A stretch of DNA of 43,530 nt from a candidate division WOR-3 bacterium (GTDB lineage Bacteria; Hydrothermota; Tepidihabitantia; SM23-42; JAOAFX01), in contig JBBILZ010000017.1 of the NCBI GenBank assembly GCA_037444665.1, positions 1 through 43,530 on the forward strand, given 5' to 3'. The notes under the pieces were generated by a model, which was given only the letters and a program-made list of their open reading frames with translations, did no database searches and had not been told where the DNA came from. This document shows, one piece after another, positions 1 through 8,779 of the stretch. Position 1 is the first letter of the stretch; each line of letters opens with the position of its first letter. The position numbers and the translations under genes are program-made.

Positions 1-13
1 GCTCAGAATGACA
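1..13. repeat. Probable terminus of a REP-like palindromic element (GCTCAGAATGACA), truncated by the window edge
   Basis: The first 13 nt are the reverse complement of TGTCATTCTGAGC, a terminus I recognise from intergenic REP-like repeats. The partner half would lie outside the window. Confidence 0.35.
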
Positions 14-346
14 ATTTTTTAATAATGTTCGAGGCTTATTAACTATTTTGGTAAATGTGCTTTTAAATAATGAGATTCATCTACTTCATTTAGGTAAATA
101 ATTAATCCAGCATAAATCATTAGTAAAACGTAAATATTTGTGTTTCCCAAATTACTTTTTATTAAAATTGCATATTATAAAACTGGGGGATGGCAAGGTG
201 AAATGACCTTGGCTAAAAAATTTCAGGCACAGATTTTGCATATACACCTTGTGGCATGATTGGGCTCAAATCTAAACATTATAACAAGAACTCCTTCAAC
301 ACATTCTCCGTCTCGGCATACCATCTCACTGTCCCCGCATCCTGAA

Positions 347-730
347 TTAACTTCGCCCAGAAACGCCACCGCAATTGATACCAGCCACACGAGTCCCATG
401 ATTTGTTATAATGTTGAGATTTGACCCCATAGCCACAGGTGTTATCAGTGTATCATCTTTCCATTTTTCAAAAGTAAAAACTGCGTAGCCAGAATCGTTG
501 GTCACACTTTGTTGGTATAAACTTTCTGTTTCTGTTTTAAAGATAATTCCATTAATCGGCATAAACCTGACCAAACTATCGGAAATCACAATTATATTGC
601 CTAACGAATCCTCGATATAATGCTCGGTGATAAACGGATATTTAACCACGACTCTGAATGAATAACTGGCTTCGGCAATTTGCAAAGAGCAGGTGAGTAA
701 AATTAGCCCAATTATTAGATATTTTTTCAT
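347..730 (-). CDS. Hypothetical secreted protein (possibly a truncated or degenerate gene)
   Basis: GGAGG SD upstream of the ATG; signal peptide MKKYLIIGLILLTCSLQIAEA; C-terminus ITNHGTRVAGINCGG resembles S8 peptidase segments. Confidence 0.6.
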   Translation of the reverse strand: MKKYLIIGLILLTCSLQIAEASYSFRVVVKYPFITEHYIEDSLGNIIVISDSLVRFMPINGIIFKTETESLYQQSVTNDSGYAVFTFEKWKDDTLITPVAMGSNLNIITNHGTRVAGINCGGVSGRS

Positions 731-744
731 ACACCCCTCCTAAT

Positions 745-1395
745 TTAAAGATTGAATCCTACAACAGTCCCCAAAGCTGTTAAGCTGATACCGATAATTA
801 ACAACAAGTTATTTGTTTGAGCATCTTTCACATCGTACATGATTAATGAGCTGCCAGCAACGCCACCTAATCCCGTTCCAATTGCTGTCTTCCACCAGGC
901 GCCTTTTTGCTTCAATAACTTTCCAATTCCCCAGGTGCAGGAACTTGTTAATAATATATTCCCGCCAACATACACAAAGGGCCATCGTTCAATGGGCCAA
1001 TATCCAACATCACCCTCTTCCATAATGGAGATTGTAGCTATTCCTGCACAAATAGCCGCTGATAATTCTGCTCCAAGAAATTCCAACTCATAAATTCCTG
1101 CTTGTTTCCAAAAAGATGTTTTTGGCTGAAGGGTTTCACTTTCAACCTGGAGCATTAAGAGGTTGGGATTAAGATATCCTGAAGCATTGACTGCACTGTA
1201 GTGCGATAGTTTTTTTGTTTCTATCCCTATTTCTGAATGCCATAAACTTGAAGAGATGGCAATCGGTTCAGGAAAAGCGATTTTGGGATAGTCTTTTATC
1301 CAAATACTCTGCCCAAAACATAAGCCACCGATTAGGGCAAAGATTATCATCAATGGCTTTGCCCAGTGAGAGAAATTGAGATGGTGATTCATCAT
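745..1395 (-). CDS. Hypothetical membrane protein (signal peptide plus C-terminal Gly-rich TM helices)
   Basis: The ORF track gives 745..1800, but a perfect TTGACA-N17-TATAAT at 1417-1445 and a signal-like segment (MIIFALIGGLCFGQ) place the start at about 1395/1392. The upstream extension is antisense to an IS remnant. Confidence 0.65.
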   Translation of the reverse strand: MMNHHLNFSHWAKPLMIIFALIGGLCFGQSIWIKDYPKIAFPEPIAISSSLWHSEIGIETKKLSHYSAVNASGYLNPNLLMLQVESETLQPKTSFWKQAGIYELEFLGAELSAAICAGIATISIMEEGDVGYWPIERWPFVYVGGNILLTSSCTWGIGKLLKQKGAWWKTAIGTGLGGVAGSSLIMYDVKDAQTNNLLLIIGISLTALGTVVGFNL

Positions 1396-1416
1396 TTTTA
1401 TAATCCAATCATACCC

Positions 1417-1445
1417 ATTATACTTATGTTTTTTTTTCTTGTCAA
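1417..1445 (-). promoter_or_regulatory. Sigma70 promoter TTGACA-N17-TATAAT
   Basis: Perfect consensus on the minus strand, about 20 nt upstream of ATG 1395. Confidence 0.8.
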
Positions 1446-1451
1446 TAGGAA

Positions 1452-1833
1452 TGCAGAGTTTCAAGACATGGTATCCACCCCAAAAGAAAGTTATTACCAG
1501 CGCATTATGGACTCTAAATGCCCCGCCGCCATCCGTAAACAAATCGTAGAATCCTATAATACCACCGGGAATATATCTTTCGTTGTCCGAGTTTTTAAAA
1601 CCACCAGAAAGACTATTCGTAAGATAATCCGACACCACCATAATGTGCCGTATTAACGATATCAATTTTATGAACTTTCCACCTGTGATGCTTGATGATT
1701 TAGATATTGATACCCAATGGATGTTATCGGCAAAAGATAGATTCTTGTTGGAGCATATCAATCTTATGCCTTTTGTATACCTACGGTATACAAAAGGCAA
1801 ATTAACTGAATACCATGTGCCGACGACCTTATA
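1452..1833 (+). mobile_element. Internally deleted IS481-like insertion sequence remnant
   Basis: Inverted repeat core ACATGGTATCCA (1466-1477) / TGAATACCATGT (1807-1818), 11/12 match. Plus-strand fragment from 1468 (YYQRIMDSK..IRKQIVESYNTTGNISFVVRVFKTTRKTIRKIIR) resembles an N-terminal transposase HTH. A second-frame fragment (NFPPVMLDDL...YHVP) resembles the C-terminal tail. No DDE core is present. Outer boundaries are approximate. Confidence 0.55.
1767..1799. repeat. Perfect 15-bp inverted repeat (hairpin) with 3-nt loop
   Basis: TGCCTTTTGTATACC-TAC-GGTATACAAAAGGCA. Confidence 0.9.
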
Positions 1834-1837
1834 AATC

Positions 1838-3283
1838 TTAAAATTTTTTTAAAAGACTTTTCAGGGCATTAACCAGATTTTTAAAATTCAAACCCAATTT
1901 CAAGTGAGCAAGGATAAAGTAGGGCTGGGAAAAAAATTTTCTGTTTGCCTGGGCCACAATCTTTTCTATTGTTTCTTTCTTTAAATGGGGATACTGAATG
2001 ACTGATTCTTTTTGAACATCGGCTGGATAATAGTCTTTTTTCACAAACCAGTGATTTTTTAATGCTTGATTATAAAGTTCAGTCCCGGGAAAAGGCGTGC
2101 AGATATTCAACATTACGAGCCCTGGTTTCAATGAAAATGCTCTGTTTATTGTCTCTTTTATTGTCTGTTCTGTTTCCAGGGGCGATGCAGCAACAAGAAT
2201 ATTCAGTTTTGGTTCAATTCTATGTTTTTTTAATAATTGCACTGCCCTGGGGATAACAGATACATCAAGTTTCTTTTTTACATCATCAAGAATCCTTTGA
2301 TTGAATGATTCTACACCAATATCTATATATTGGCAGCCTGCCTCAGCCATCGTTTGAATGAGGTCTTCATTATTCAGGTGGTCTGCCCTTGCCAGACAGC
2401 CCCATTTTATACCCAGTTTTTTTATCCCATTACAAATTTTCATTACTCTTTCTGGTTTCAACAAAAATTCATCATCAATAATGCTCACTGTTCTGTATCC
2501 TTGTTTTTTGAGTAGTTCAAATTCTGAGATAACCCGAGCCGGCGATGCAAATGCTACTGGAGGAATTTTATCGGTTCCATAACACTTCTGAAATTCTATC
2601 TTCCTTGCAAAGTTGAGGGAACAGGGAACGCAAAAAGAACATTGATATGGACAGCCACGAGAAGTTAACATTGCGGTAAATGGGCGTTCTTTTAATTTAG
2701 GATTGTAGTATTTATCGCGCGCGAGCAAATCCCGTGCCGGAAATGGAAGTTCATCCAGATCCTTTATCAATTCCCGCATTGGATTATCAATGACTATACC
2801 TTTACGAAAATAAGAAATACCCTTAATCGCATCCAAAGAATTCTGAGAGTTCCCGGCAAGATAGGAAATCAGTTCCCGAAGCGTCCAGTCTGGCTCACCC
2901 CGTGCAACAAAAGTCTTTTTATCAAAAATGACCCTTTCCGGCTGATAGGTCGGTGCAGGACCGCAGAAGATGATCGGTACTTCAGGAGACTGGCTTCTAA
3001 TTATTCTTGCGCTATTATTATCAATCGCGGTTGATAGATTAACACTGTAAAATATAAAACAGCAATCGGTCCTGGTTGATAGATAATTATAAAATTTTTT
3101 TACGCCCATTCCCGTAATCGGTGCATCAATGATTTCAACCTGATGACCTGCATCTCTTAATATGCTGGCACATGTCAGGATAAAAATATTCGGGATTGGA
3201 TACAGACCATAACTACAACCAAAGACCCTTTCCGGAACATGTTTTTTATTACCTGATGGTGGTATTAAAAAATATACATTCAT
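1838..3283 (-). CDS. B12-binding domain radical SAM protein (class B methyltransferase-like)
   Basis: TSRGCPYQCSFC (CxxxCxxC); N-terminal cobalamin-binding-like domain (GPAPT, ARGEPD, DLDELPFPARDL); GVESFNQ and TPFPGTELY motifs. Confidence 0.9.
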   Translation of the reverse strand: MNVYFLIPPSGNKKHVPERVFGCSYGLYPIPNIFILTCASILRDAGHQVEIIDAPITGMGVKKFYNYLSTRTDCCFIFYSVNLSTAIDNNSARIIRSQSPEVPIIFCGPAPTYQPERVIFDKKTFVARGEPDWTLRELISYLAGNSQNSLDAIKGISYFRKGIVIDNPMRELIKDLDELPFPARDLLARDKYYNPKLKERPFTAMLTSRGCPYQCSFCVPCSLNFARKIEFQKCYGTDKIPPVAFASPARVISEFELLKKQGYRTVSIIDDEFLLKPERVMKICNGIKKLGIKWGCLARADHLNNEDLIQTMAEAGCQYIDIGVESFNQRILDDVKKKLDVSVIPRAVQLLKKHRIEPKLNILVAASPLETEQTIKETINRAFSLKPGLVMLNICTPFPGTELYNQALKNHWFVKKDYYPADVQKESVIQYPHLKKETIEKIVAQANRKFFSQPYFILAHLKLGLNFKNLVNALKSLLKKF

Positions 3284-4053
3284 TTTGAGAAAAATCCATA
3301 TTTGAGACAGAATCTCAAAAATGCCCAGAAATGGTACAATGCACGCATTGAAAATATTGAAGCACTGCTCCGCTGGTATTCATGTATTACAGTAATATAC
3401 GGATAGTAATAAATCTTCCAGTTTTTTTTACGGGCGCGATAACACCAGGCAACATCCTCAAAACCAAATGGGCTGAATTCATCAAAAATTCCTATCTGCT
3501 CCAATGCCGCTCTTTTTATTAACAAAAAAGCACCCTGCACCCAGTCCATAACAAGGGGTTTATCGTGCGGCAAATCCATCATAAGATGTTTTCTAATTAT
3601 AGAACTATTGGGAAATAATACATTGAGTGGTGTACGTCTCCATATAATGGTCTTGAAATCGTAAAAAGTGCGGGCAGAGTATTGCAATTTATGGTCATCA
3701 CCAATAAGTTTTACACCCAATCCTCCTGCCTCAGGATGCTCTTGTAAAAATTTTATTGCTGGATTTAAATTCTGTAAGAGAATAGTATCCGCATCAAGGA
3801 ATAGCAGATAATCACCACACGCCTCTTTTATACCCAAATTGCGCATATACGCAACACCAAATTTTCTGGATTCAATCATCTTTATATGAGGATATTTTGT
3901 TTTAACAATATGATGCGCATTGTCGGATGATAATTTATTGACCACGATTATCTCTATATTGTTCATATCCTGGGTATTGATAATACTTTCAATACAACGA
4001 TATAGTTTTTCTGCCATACGGAAATTTATAATAATAATAGAAAGCATAATCAA
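3280..4053 (-). CDS. Glycosyltransferase family 2
   Basis: LSIIIINF start, RNLGI, LLFLDAD (DxD), DWVQGAFLL, GFEDVAWC; ATGA overlaps with both neighbours. Confidence 0.92.
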   Translation of the reverse strand: MIMLSIIIINFRMAEKLYRCIESIINTQDMNNIEIIVVNKLSSDNAHHIVKTKYPHIKMIESRKFGVAYMRNLGIKEACGDYLLFLDADTILLQNLNPAIKFLQEHPEAGGLGVKLIGDDHKLQYSARTFYDFKTIIWRRTPLNVLFPNSSIIRKHLMMDLPHDKPLVMDWVQGAFLLIKRAALEQIGIFDEFSPFGFEDVAWCYRARKKNWKIYYYPYITVIHEYQRSSASIFSMRALYHFWAFLRFCLKYGFFSK

Positions 4054-4682
4054 TTTTTTTGTTTTTGCAACATCACCAAAGTTAATGGTTCATAGACGAC
4101 CGGTGTCAAAGTTCTTTCAATTGAAACTACAAAATTATATTTTTCAATCTCCCTTTTTGCCTCATTTAATTCTGCCTCTATCGCTGGAGACTTATAAAAT
4201 ATTGCCCTGCCACCTGGTATCAGTAAATTATTTACTGTTCGTGTTAGTTTTTTAATTTTACCTGCCGCACGAATGAAAACTATTTCAAAGTGGTCATTAT
4301 CATAATTTTCTGCACGGCAATTTACGACATAAACTTTATCCAGTGCCAGCCTGTCAATTAAATATTTTAAAAATTCTGCCTTTTTTTTAACCGATTCAAA
4401 TAGAGTAAGCTCAAGCGCGGGTTTAAAAATCTTTAAAGGCACAGAAGGAAAGCCTGCACCCGCACCAATATCACAGGTTTTTTTTTCGTTAGCAATAAAT
4501 TTTAATGCAATTAAAGAAGGAAGAAAATGTTTTACACTGATACGTGTGTAATCTTTATGTGAAATTAGATGCAGCTTATCTTTAAAAGTAAAAAGAGCAT
4601 CTAAGTAAAGACGAAACTTCTCAAGAATAGTATCCGAGTAATCTATTTTTAGTTCATCAAGTCCTTTTTTCAACTGTTCCAT
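4050..4682 (-). CDS. rsmG: 16S rRNA m7G527 methyltransferase RsmG (GidB)
   Basis: KHFLPSL, DIGAGAGFPSVPLKI, ESVKKKAEFL, RAE and RA motifs. Probable start is MEQLKK at 4682 (the ORF extends to 4739). Confidence 0.92.
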   Translation of the reverse strand: MEQLKKGLDELKIDYSDTILEKFRLYLDALFTFKDKLHLISHKDYTRISVKHFLPSLIALKFIANEKKTCDIGAGAGFPSVPLKIFKPALELTLFESVKKKAEFLKYLIDRLALDKVYVVNCRAENYDNDHFEIVFIRAAGKIKKLTRTVNNLLIPGGRAIFYKSPAIEAELNEAKREIEKYNFVVSIERTLTPVVYEPLTLVMLQKQKN

Positions 4683-4685
4683 TGT

Positions 4686-4766
4686 GGTCAAATCTTCACA
4701 CTTTACAAGGCCTGAACTCTGTATCATTTTATGAATCATTCTCGGTCACCCGGCAATGATTTGACC
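4686..4766. repeat. Intergenic inverted-repeat element (GGTCAAATC ... GATTTGACC)
   Basis: Perfect 9-bp IR at 4686-4694 and 4758-4766 spanning the mazG-rsmG gap. Confidence 0.5.
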
Positions 4767-4768
4767 CC

Positions 4769-5497
4769 CTATTTTATCTTATTCCACACTCTGTCCATTT
4801 CTTTGAGACTGACTGAAGATAGATCTTTCTTTTCCTTTTTTAATTTTTTTTGCATCAATCTAAATCTCTTTACAAATTTTTTATTCGCCTGGCGCAGCAT
4901 ATCCTCCGGGTCCAATTTAAGATGCCGGGCAAGGTTAACACAAGAGAATAGAATATCACCCATCTCATCTTTTAACTCCTTTCTTGATTTTGCCTCACTT
5001 AGTTCTTTGATCTCTTCTCCTAATTTTTTAAAAGGTCCCTCAGCATCTTCCCAATCAAACCCGATCCGTGCTGCACGTTCCTGGATCAATTTTGCGGCGA
5101 GCAATGCGGGAAGAGAATAAGGAATCCCCTGGAACAGATCGGTTTTTGAACTGTGCCAGAATTTTACAATCTCTTTAGTAGTCTTGAACTTTTTTGATTC
5201 AAAAACATGGGGGTGTTTACGTTGATATTTTTCTATGGTTGCAAAAATAATCTCTTTGAACGGAATACCCTTTTCTTCAAGAAGCAGGCACAAAAAAATG
5301 CCTAAAAAAAGTAGATCCCCAACTTCTTCTTTTATTAAAGGCAGATTCTTTTCTTCAATGGCACTGACTACTTCGTATGCCTCTTCTATGATATTATTTT
5401 TCATTGTATCAAGAGTCTGCTTTCTATCCCAGGGACATTTTTTGCGCAATGTAGTAACTAATTTTATCAAATTATAAATAAAATCAGAACTCCTCAA
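4769..5497 (-). CDS. mazG: Nucleoside triphosphate pyrophosphohydrolase MazG
   Basis: LRKKCPWDRKQT, IEEAYEV, EEVGDLLF, KHPHVF, GFDW and EMGDILF: two MazG domains. Start uncertain (TTG 5497 or ATG 5533). Confidence 0.93.
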   Translation of the reverse strand: MRSSDFIYNLIKLVTTLRKKCPWDRKQTLDTMKNNIIEEAYEVVSAIEEKNLPLIKEEVGDLLFLGIFLCLLLEEKGIPFKEIIFATIEKYQRKHPHVFESKKFKTTKEIVKFWHSSKTDLFQGIPYSLPALLAAKLIQERAARIGFDWEDAEGPFKKLGEEIKELSEAKSRKELKDEMGDILFSCVNLARHLKLDPEDMLRQANKKFVKRFRLMQKKLKKEKKDLSSVSLKEMDRVWNKIK

Positions 5498-6167
5498 TTC
5501 CTTCTTCCTCTCCCCCTTCTGGTTCGGATACATAATCTGCCGTCTGAAAATCAGCATAAAAATCTTCTTCAAAATTTAAACAGCAAAGTAATTTACCGCA
5601 GATCCCGGAAAGTTTACTTGGTGCGACATAGATCTTCTGTTCCCGTGCCATTCTTAAAGAGATTGATTTTAAGTTTTTCAAAAAAGAAGCACAACATATT
5701 TTTCTACCACAGGGTCCCAATCCACCGACATAACGGACATAATCGCGTGCACCTATCTGTTTTATTACAATACGCTTATTTAATTTTTGCGAAATATAGC
5801 GATGTAGTTTGCGGAACTTCATCTTTTTTTCTGCAGTAAAATAGAATATAATACGCTCTTCATCAAATTGACAATGTGCATATACAACCTTCATATCCAG
5901 ATGTGCATCATTTATTGCATTCTTAAGCTCAATTAAACAATACTCTTCATACTCTTTTAATTCTTCAATCTTGGGTTGGTCTTCATTATGCAAAAGGCGT
6001 AAAATTTCACCACCAATCGGTTCTACTTCATAATTCTGAAAACTTATCACCCTGCCAATATCAATACCGTCATTGGTTTTGAAAAGGACCTGGTCACCAG
6101 GGCTATAAACACCCTCACCTCTAACCCAGATTAACCAGAATGGAGTAATTTGTAATTGATAATTCAC
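5484..6167 (-). CDS. ricT: PSP1-domain Fe-S protein RicT/YaaT
   Basis: FYFTAE, QIGARD, GGLGPCGRKICC, KLSGICGKLLCCLNFE. Confidence 0.9.
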   Translation of the reverse strand: MNYQLQITPFWLIWVRGEGVYSPGDQVLFKTNDGIDIGRVISFQNYEVEPIGGEILRLLHNEDQPKIEELKEYEEYCLIELKNAINDAHLDMKVVYAHCQFDEERIIFYFTAEKKMKFRKLHRYISQKLNKRIVIKQIGARDYVRYVGGLGPCGRKICCASFLKNLKSISLRMAREQKIYVAPSKLSGICGKLLCCLNFEEDFYADFQTADYVSEPEGGEEEGIEEF

Positions 6168-6454
6168 GGTTTTATAAAATATACTTTTTCACCTTTTTTT
6201 ATCATCCCCAGGTCATCCCTTGCCCGCGCCTCAACCAATGTGCCTCTTCGGTAATCATCAATTCGTTTTTTTAATAATTCATTTTCAGCCGAGAGAATAG
6301 TTATACTCTTTTGTAGAACTTTTTCTGTATAATTGGCATTTAATAATAAAAATAATTTTCTGCCGATATAAGAGAAGGGAAGAATAATAAAAAAGATGAT
6401 AATTGTCCAGCGCTTGATGAAAAACAAAATCTCTCTCTTCATCTCCCCTCGCAA
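6164..6454 (-). CDS. Septum formation initiator FtsB/DivIC family
   Basis: N-terminal TM, coiled coil, VEARARDDLGMIKKGEKVY. Confidence 0.85.
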   Translation of the reverse strand: MRGEMKREILFFIKRWTIIIFFIILPFSYIGRKLFLLLNANYTEKVLQKSITILSAENELLKKRIDDYRRGTLVEARARDDLGMIKKGEKVYFIKP

Positions 6455-6460
6455 TGATAA

Positions 6461-8779
6461 TCAGGTCTGAATAGATGGATGTTTGTAATGGTGATAATAG
6501 CGATACCGATGGTACCTGTGTGTTGTGTCAACACCATTTAATACAAAACCAATTATTTTTTCGCCAGCGCGTTCCAGTTCTTCTTTTATTTCCAGTATTG
6601 CATCCCGCTCGGTTTTTCCGGTCATTACTACAACAAGAATCCCATCACATATCTTGCCCAGAACCCGGGCATCAGCAATTCCTAAGGCAGGTGGCGCATC
6701 AACAAGAATAAATTCAAAATTATTCTTAAGTTCATCAATAATTTCAGACATTTGTGAAGAACCAAGCAATTCAGCAGGATTAGACGGTATTGTACCACTG
6801 GTAATAAAATATAGATTTTCAAATGTTGATTTTATCAATGCGTCTTTTAATTTTATTCGATTAATTAAAATATCCGAGAGTCCATTATGATTATCTTTGA
6901 CCAGTGCCTTGAAATAATTATGTAATTTTGGCCTTCTAAAATCGCAATCAAGAATAACGACCTTCTGCCCGAGTTGTGCAAATGTAATACCTAAATTGAT
7001 ACAGGTGGTAGTCTTACCTTCCTGGGGCACGGTTGATGTAACCAACAATGATTTGATGGAACGGGCAGCCGCAGAAAATAGAATATTTGTTCGTAGTATA
7101 CGGTATGTTTCAGCAATATCTGAATGTGGTTCATTGATAATGGGAATATCAATGGGATGTTTATTCTTCACCATAGGTACATTTGCCAGCACTGATATCT
7201 CAGTAAGTTCTTCAATCTCTTTTGATGTCTTTATTGAGGTATTAAGATATTCAAGTAAAAAAGCGCCCCCCAGGCCAATCAGTAAACCAAGGATCAGACC
7301 GAGGATAGCATTCTGTTTTGGTTTTGGCTCAACCGCTTCATCAGGAATTATCGCATAGTCAATAATCCTTGCCTGACTTATCTGTATTGCCTCAGCAATC
7401 TTTGATTCCTCAAGTTTACCAAGGAGCATTGTGTATATTTCTTCGTTCGCCTTTTTTTGTCTTTCAAGTTGTGCTAAATTGACCTCTGCTTCGGGTAGTT
7501 GTTTTAAACGGCGATTGTGCTGTTCAATAATCTGGTTTAAGGCATCAATACGGCTCTGCAGGGCAATAAGTTTTGTTTCGCTGTTGATGATATTGGTAAT
7601 AACTGATTGGAACACCGGGTCTCCTACTGATGGTCCAGCCAGAGCAATCTGCTTGCTCGCTTTATTGATTTCCTGCTCAATCTGTGCAATCTGTCCTTCA
7701 ATCTGTTTCAATTTTATTGGGTCATTCTGGAATTCCTGTTTTTGTAATTCAAGGGTTTTTAATTGGTCTTTGAGTTTAAGAATCAATGGGCTATTAGAGA
7801 TGGTCGGGAAAGACGCCATCTTTTTGTAATAACCATAACTCGCCTCATCGCGTGCCAGTTCATTTTCAAGTTTTTTTATACTACTTTCAGTTTCGTTTAA
7901 CTCAACGACTGCCTTTTCTCTTTCAACCTCAAATTGCGCAAGTGAATTAATGATCTCTCGCGCAGTTTCGCTGAGCAGGAAGACCCCGCTCTTCTGTTTA
8001 TATTTTCGCAAGTTTTCCTCAGCACTATCAAGTTCCATACCAAAAATCTTGATCTGACTCTCAATAAATTCTTTGGAACCACGTGCTGATTCCCGTAAAC
8101 TTTCCAGGGTATATAAGATATATTCCTGAGATAGAGTATTGGCAATCTTTGCTGCCATTTCAGGTAATATTGACCGCGCTTTTAACAATACCAGGGCAGT
8201 ATTCTTAATCTGGCTTGCCGAAATATTACCCATCAATTCTTCAGTTGCCTTCTCCACATTCAATACACTAAATTCAAGATAATTCTTTGCTGGTCTTTCC
8301 TTTAATAAAAATCTTAAACCACCATTGTCAAAAAAAACCTTGACCATACCCCTGCCAATAATCTCCTCTTCTTTATTGACAATCTCAAAGTTATTGTTAT
8401 CGTCAAATTTTATAAGGTATTTTCCAGGCAGGAAATAATCACTTATCTGGATTGAATCAAATAATGCTCGGTTATGATTATTGACAACAAAATTCAAGCC
8501 AAGTTTTTTCACGACTGAACGCGCCAGTGTTCTACTGCGAATGATCTCCAGTTCACTCTCCACCGGGTCAACACGCTGGGGCGTGTATAGTTCAGTAAAG
8601 AAAGTGGACTTTGCCTCAGATAGTTCTAACTTAAATTTGACCTTTGCTTCATAAATCTTTGGCAACTGTAAGCTTATAACAACCGCACAAACTGTTGTTA
8701 CCAAGGCACAGATAATAATCAAATTGCGCCTTTTTTTAATAATATCAATATAATCCTGAAAAGTAATTTCTTTTTTCAT
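6461..8779 (-). CDS. wzc: Polysaccharide co-polymerase / BY-kinase (Wzc/GumC family)
   Basis: Wzz-like N-terminal TM, long coiled coil, second TM, Walker A STVPQEGKTT, DCDFRRP, ILVDAPP, C-terminal Tyr cluster. Start 8779 gives an ATGA overlap with the export gene. Confidence 0.92.
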   Translation of the reverse strand: MKKEITFQDYIDIIKKRRNLIIICALVTTVCAVVISLQLPKIYEAKVKFKLELSEAKSTFFTELYTPQRVDPVESELEIIRSRTLARSVVKKLGLNFVVNNHNRALFDSIQISDYFLPGKYLIKFDDNNNFEIVNKEEEIIGRGMVKVFFDNGGLRFLLKERPAKNYLEFSVLNVEKATEELMGNISASQIKNTALVLLKARSILPEMAAKIANTLSQEYILYTLESLRESARGSKEFIESQIKIFGMELDSAEENLRKYKQKSGVFLLSETAREIINSLAQFEVEREKAVVELNETESSIKKLENELARDEASYGYYKKMASFPTISNSPLILKLKDQLKTLELQKQEFQNDPIKLKQIEGQIAQIEQEINKASKQIALAGPSVGDPVFQSVITNIINSETKLIALQSRIDALNQIIEQHNRRLKQLPEAEVNLAQLERQKKANEEIYTMLLGKLEESKIAEAIQISQARIIDYAIIPDEAVEPKPKQNAILGLILGLLIGLGGAFLLEYLNTSIKTSKEIEELTEISVLANVPMVKNKHPIDIPIINEPHSDIAETYRILRTNILFSAAARSIKSLLVTSTVPQEGKTTTCINLGITFAQLGQKVVILDCDFRRPKLHNYFKALVKDNHNGLSDILINRIKLKDALIKSTFENLYFITSGTIPSNPAELLGSSQMSEIIDELKNNFEFILVDAPPALGIADARVLGKICDGILVVVMTGKTERDAILEIKEELERAGEKIIGFVLNGVDTTHRYHRYRYYHHYKHPSIQT

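Noticed and set aside
1396..1800. N-terminal 135 aa of the 351-aa minus-strand ORF
   Set aside because: It spans a perfect promoter and the antisense of an IS remnant; the real gene most likely starts at about 1395.
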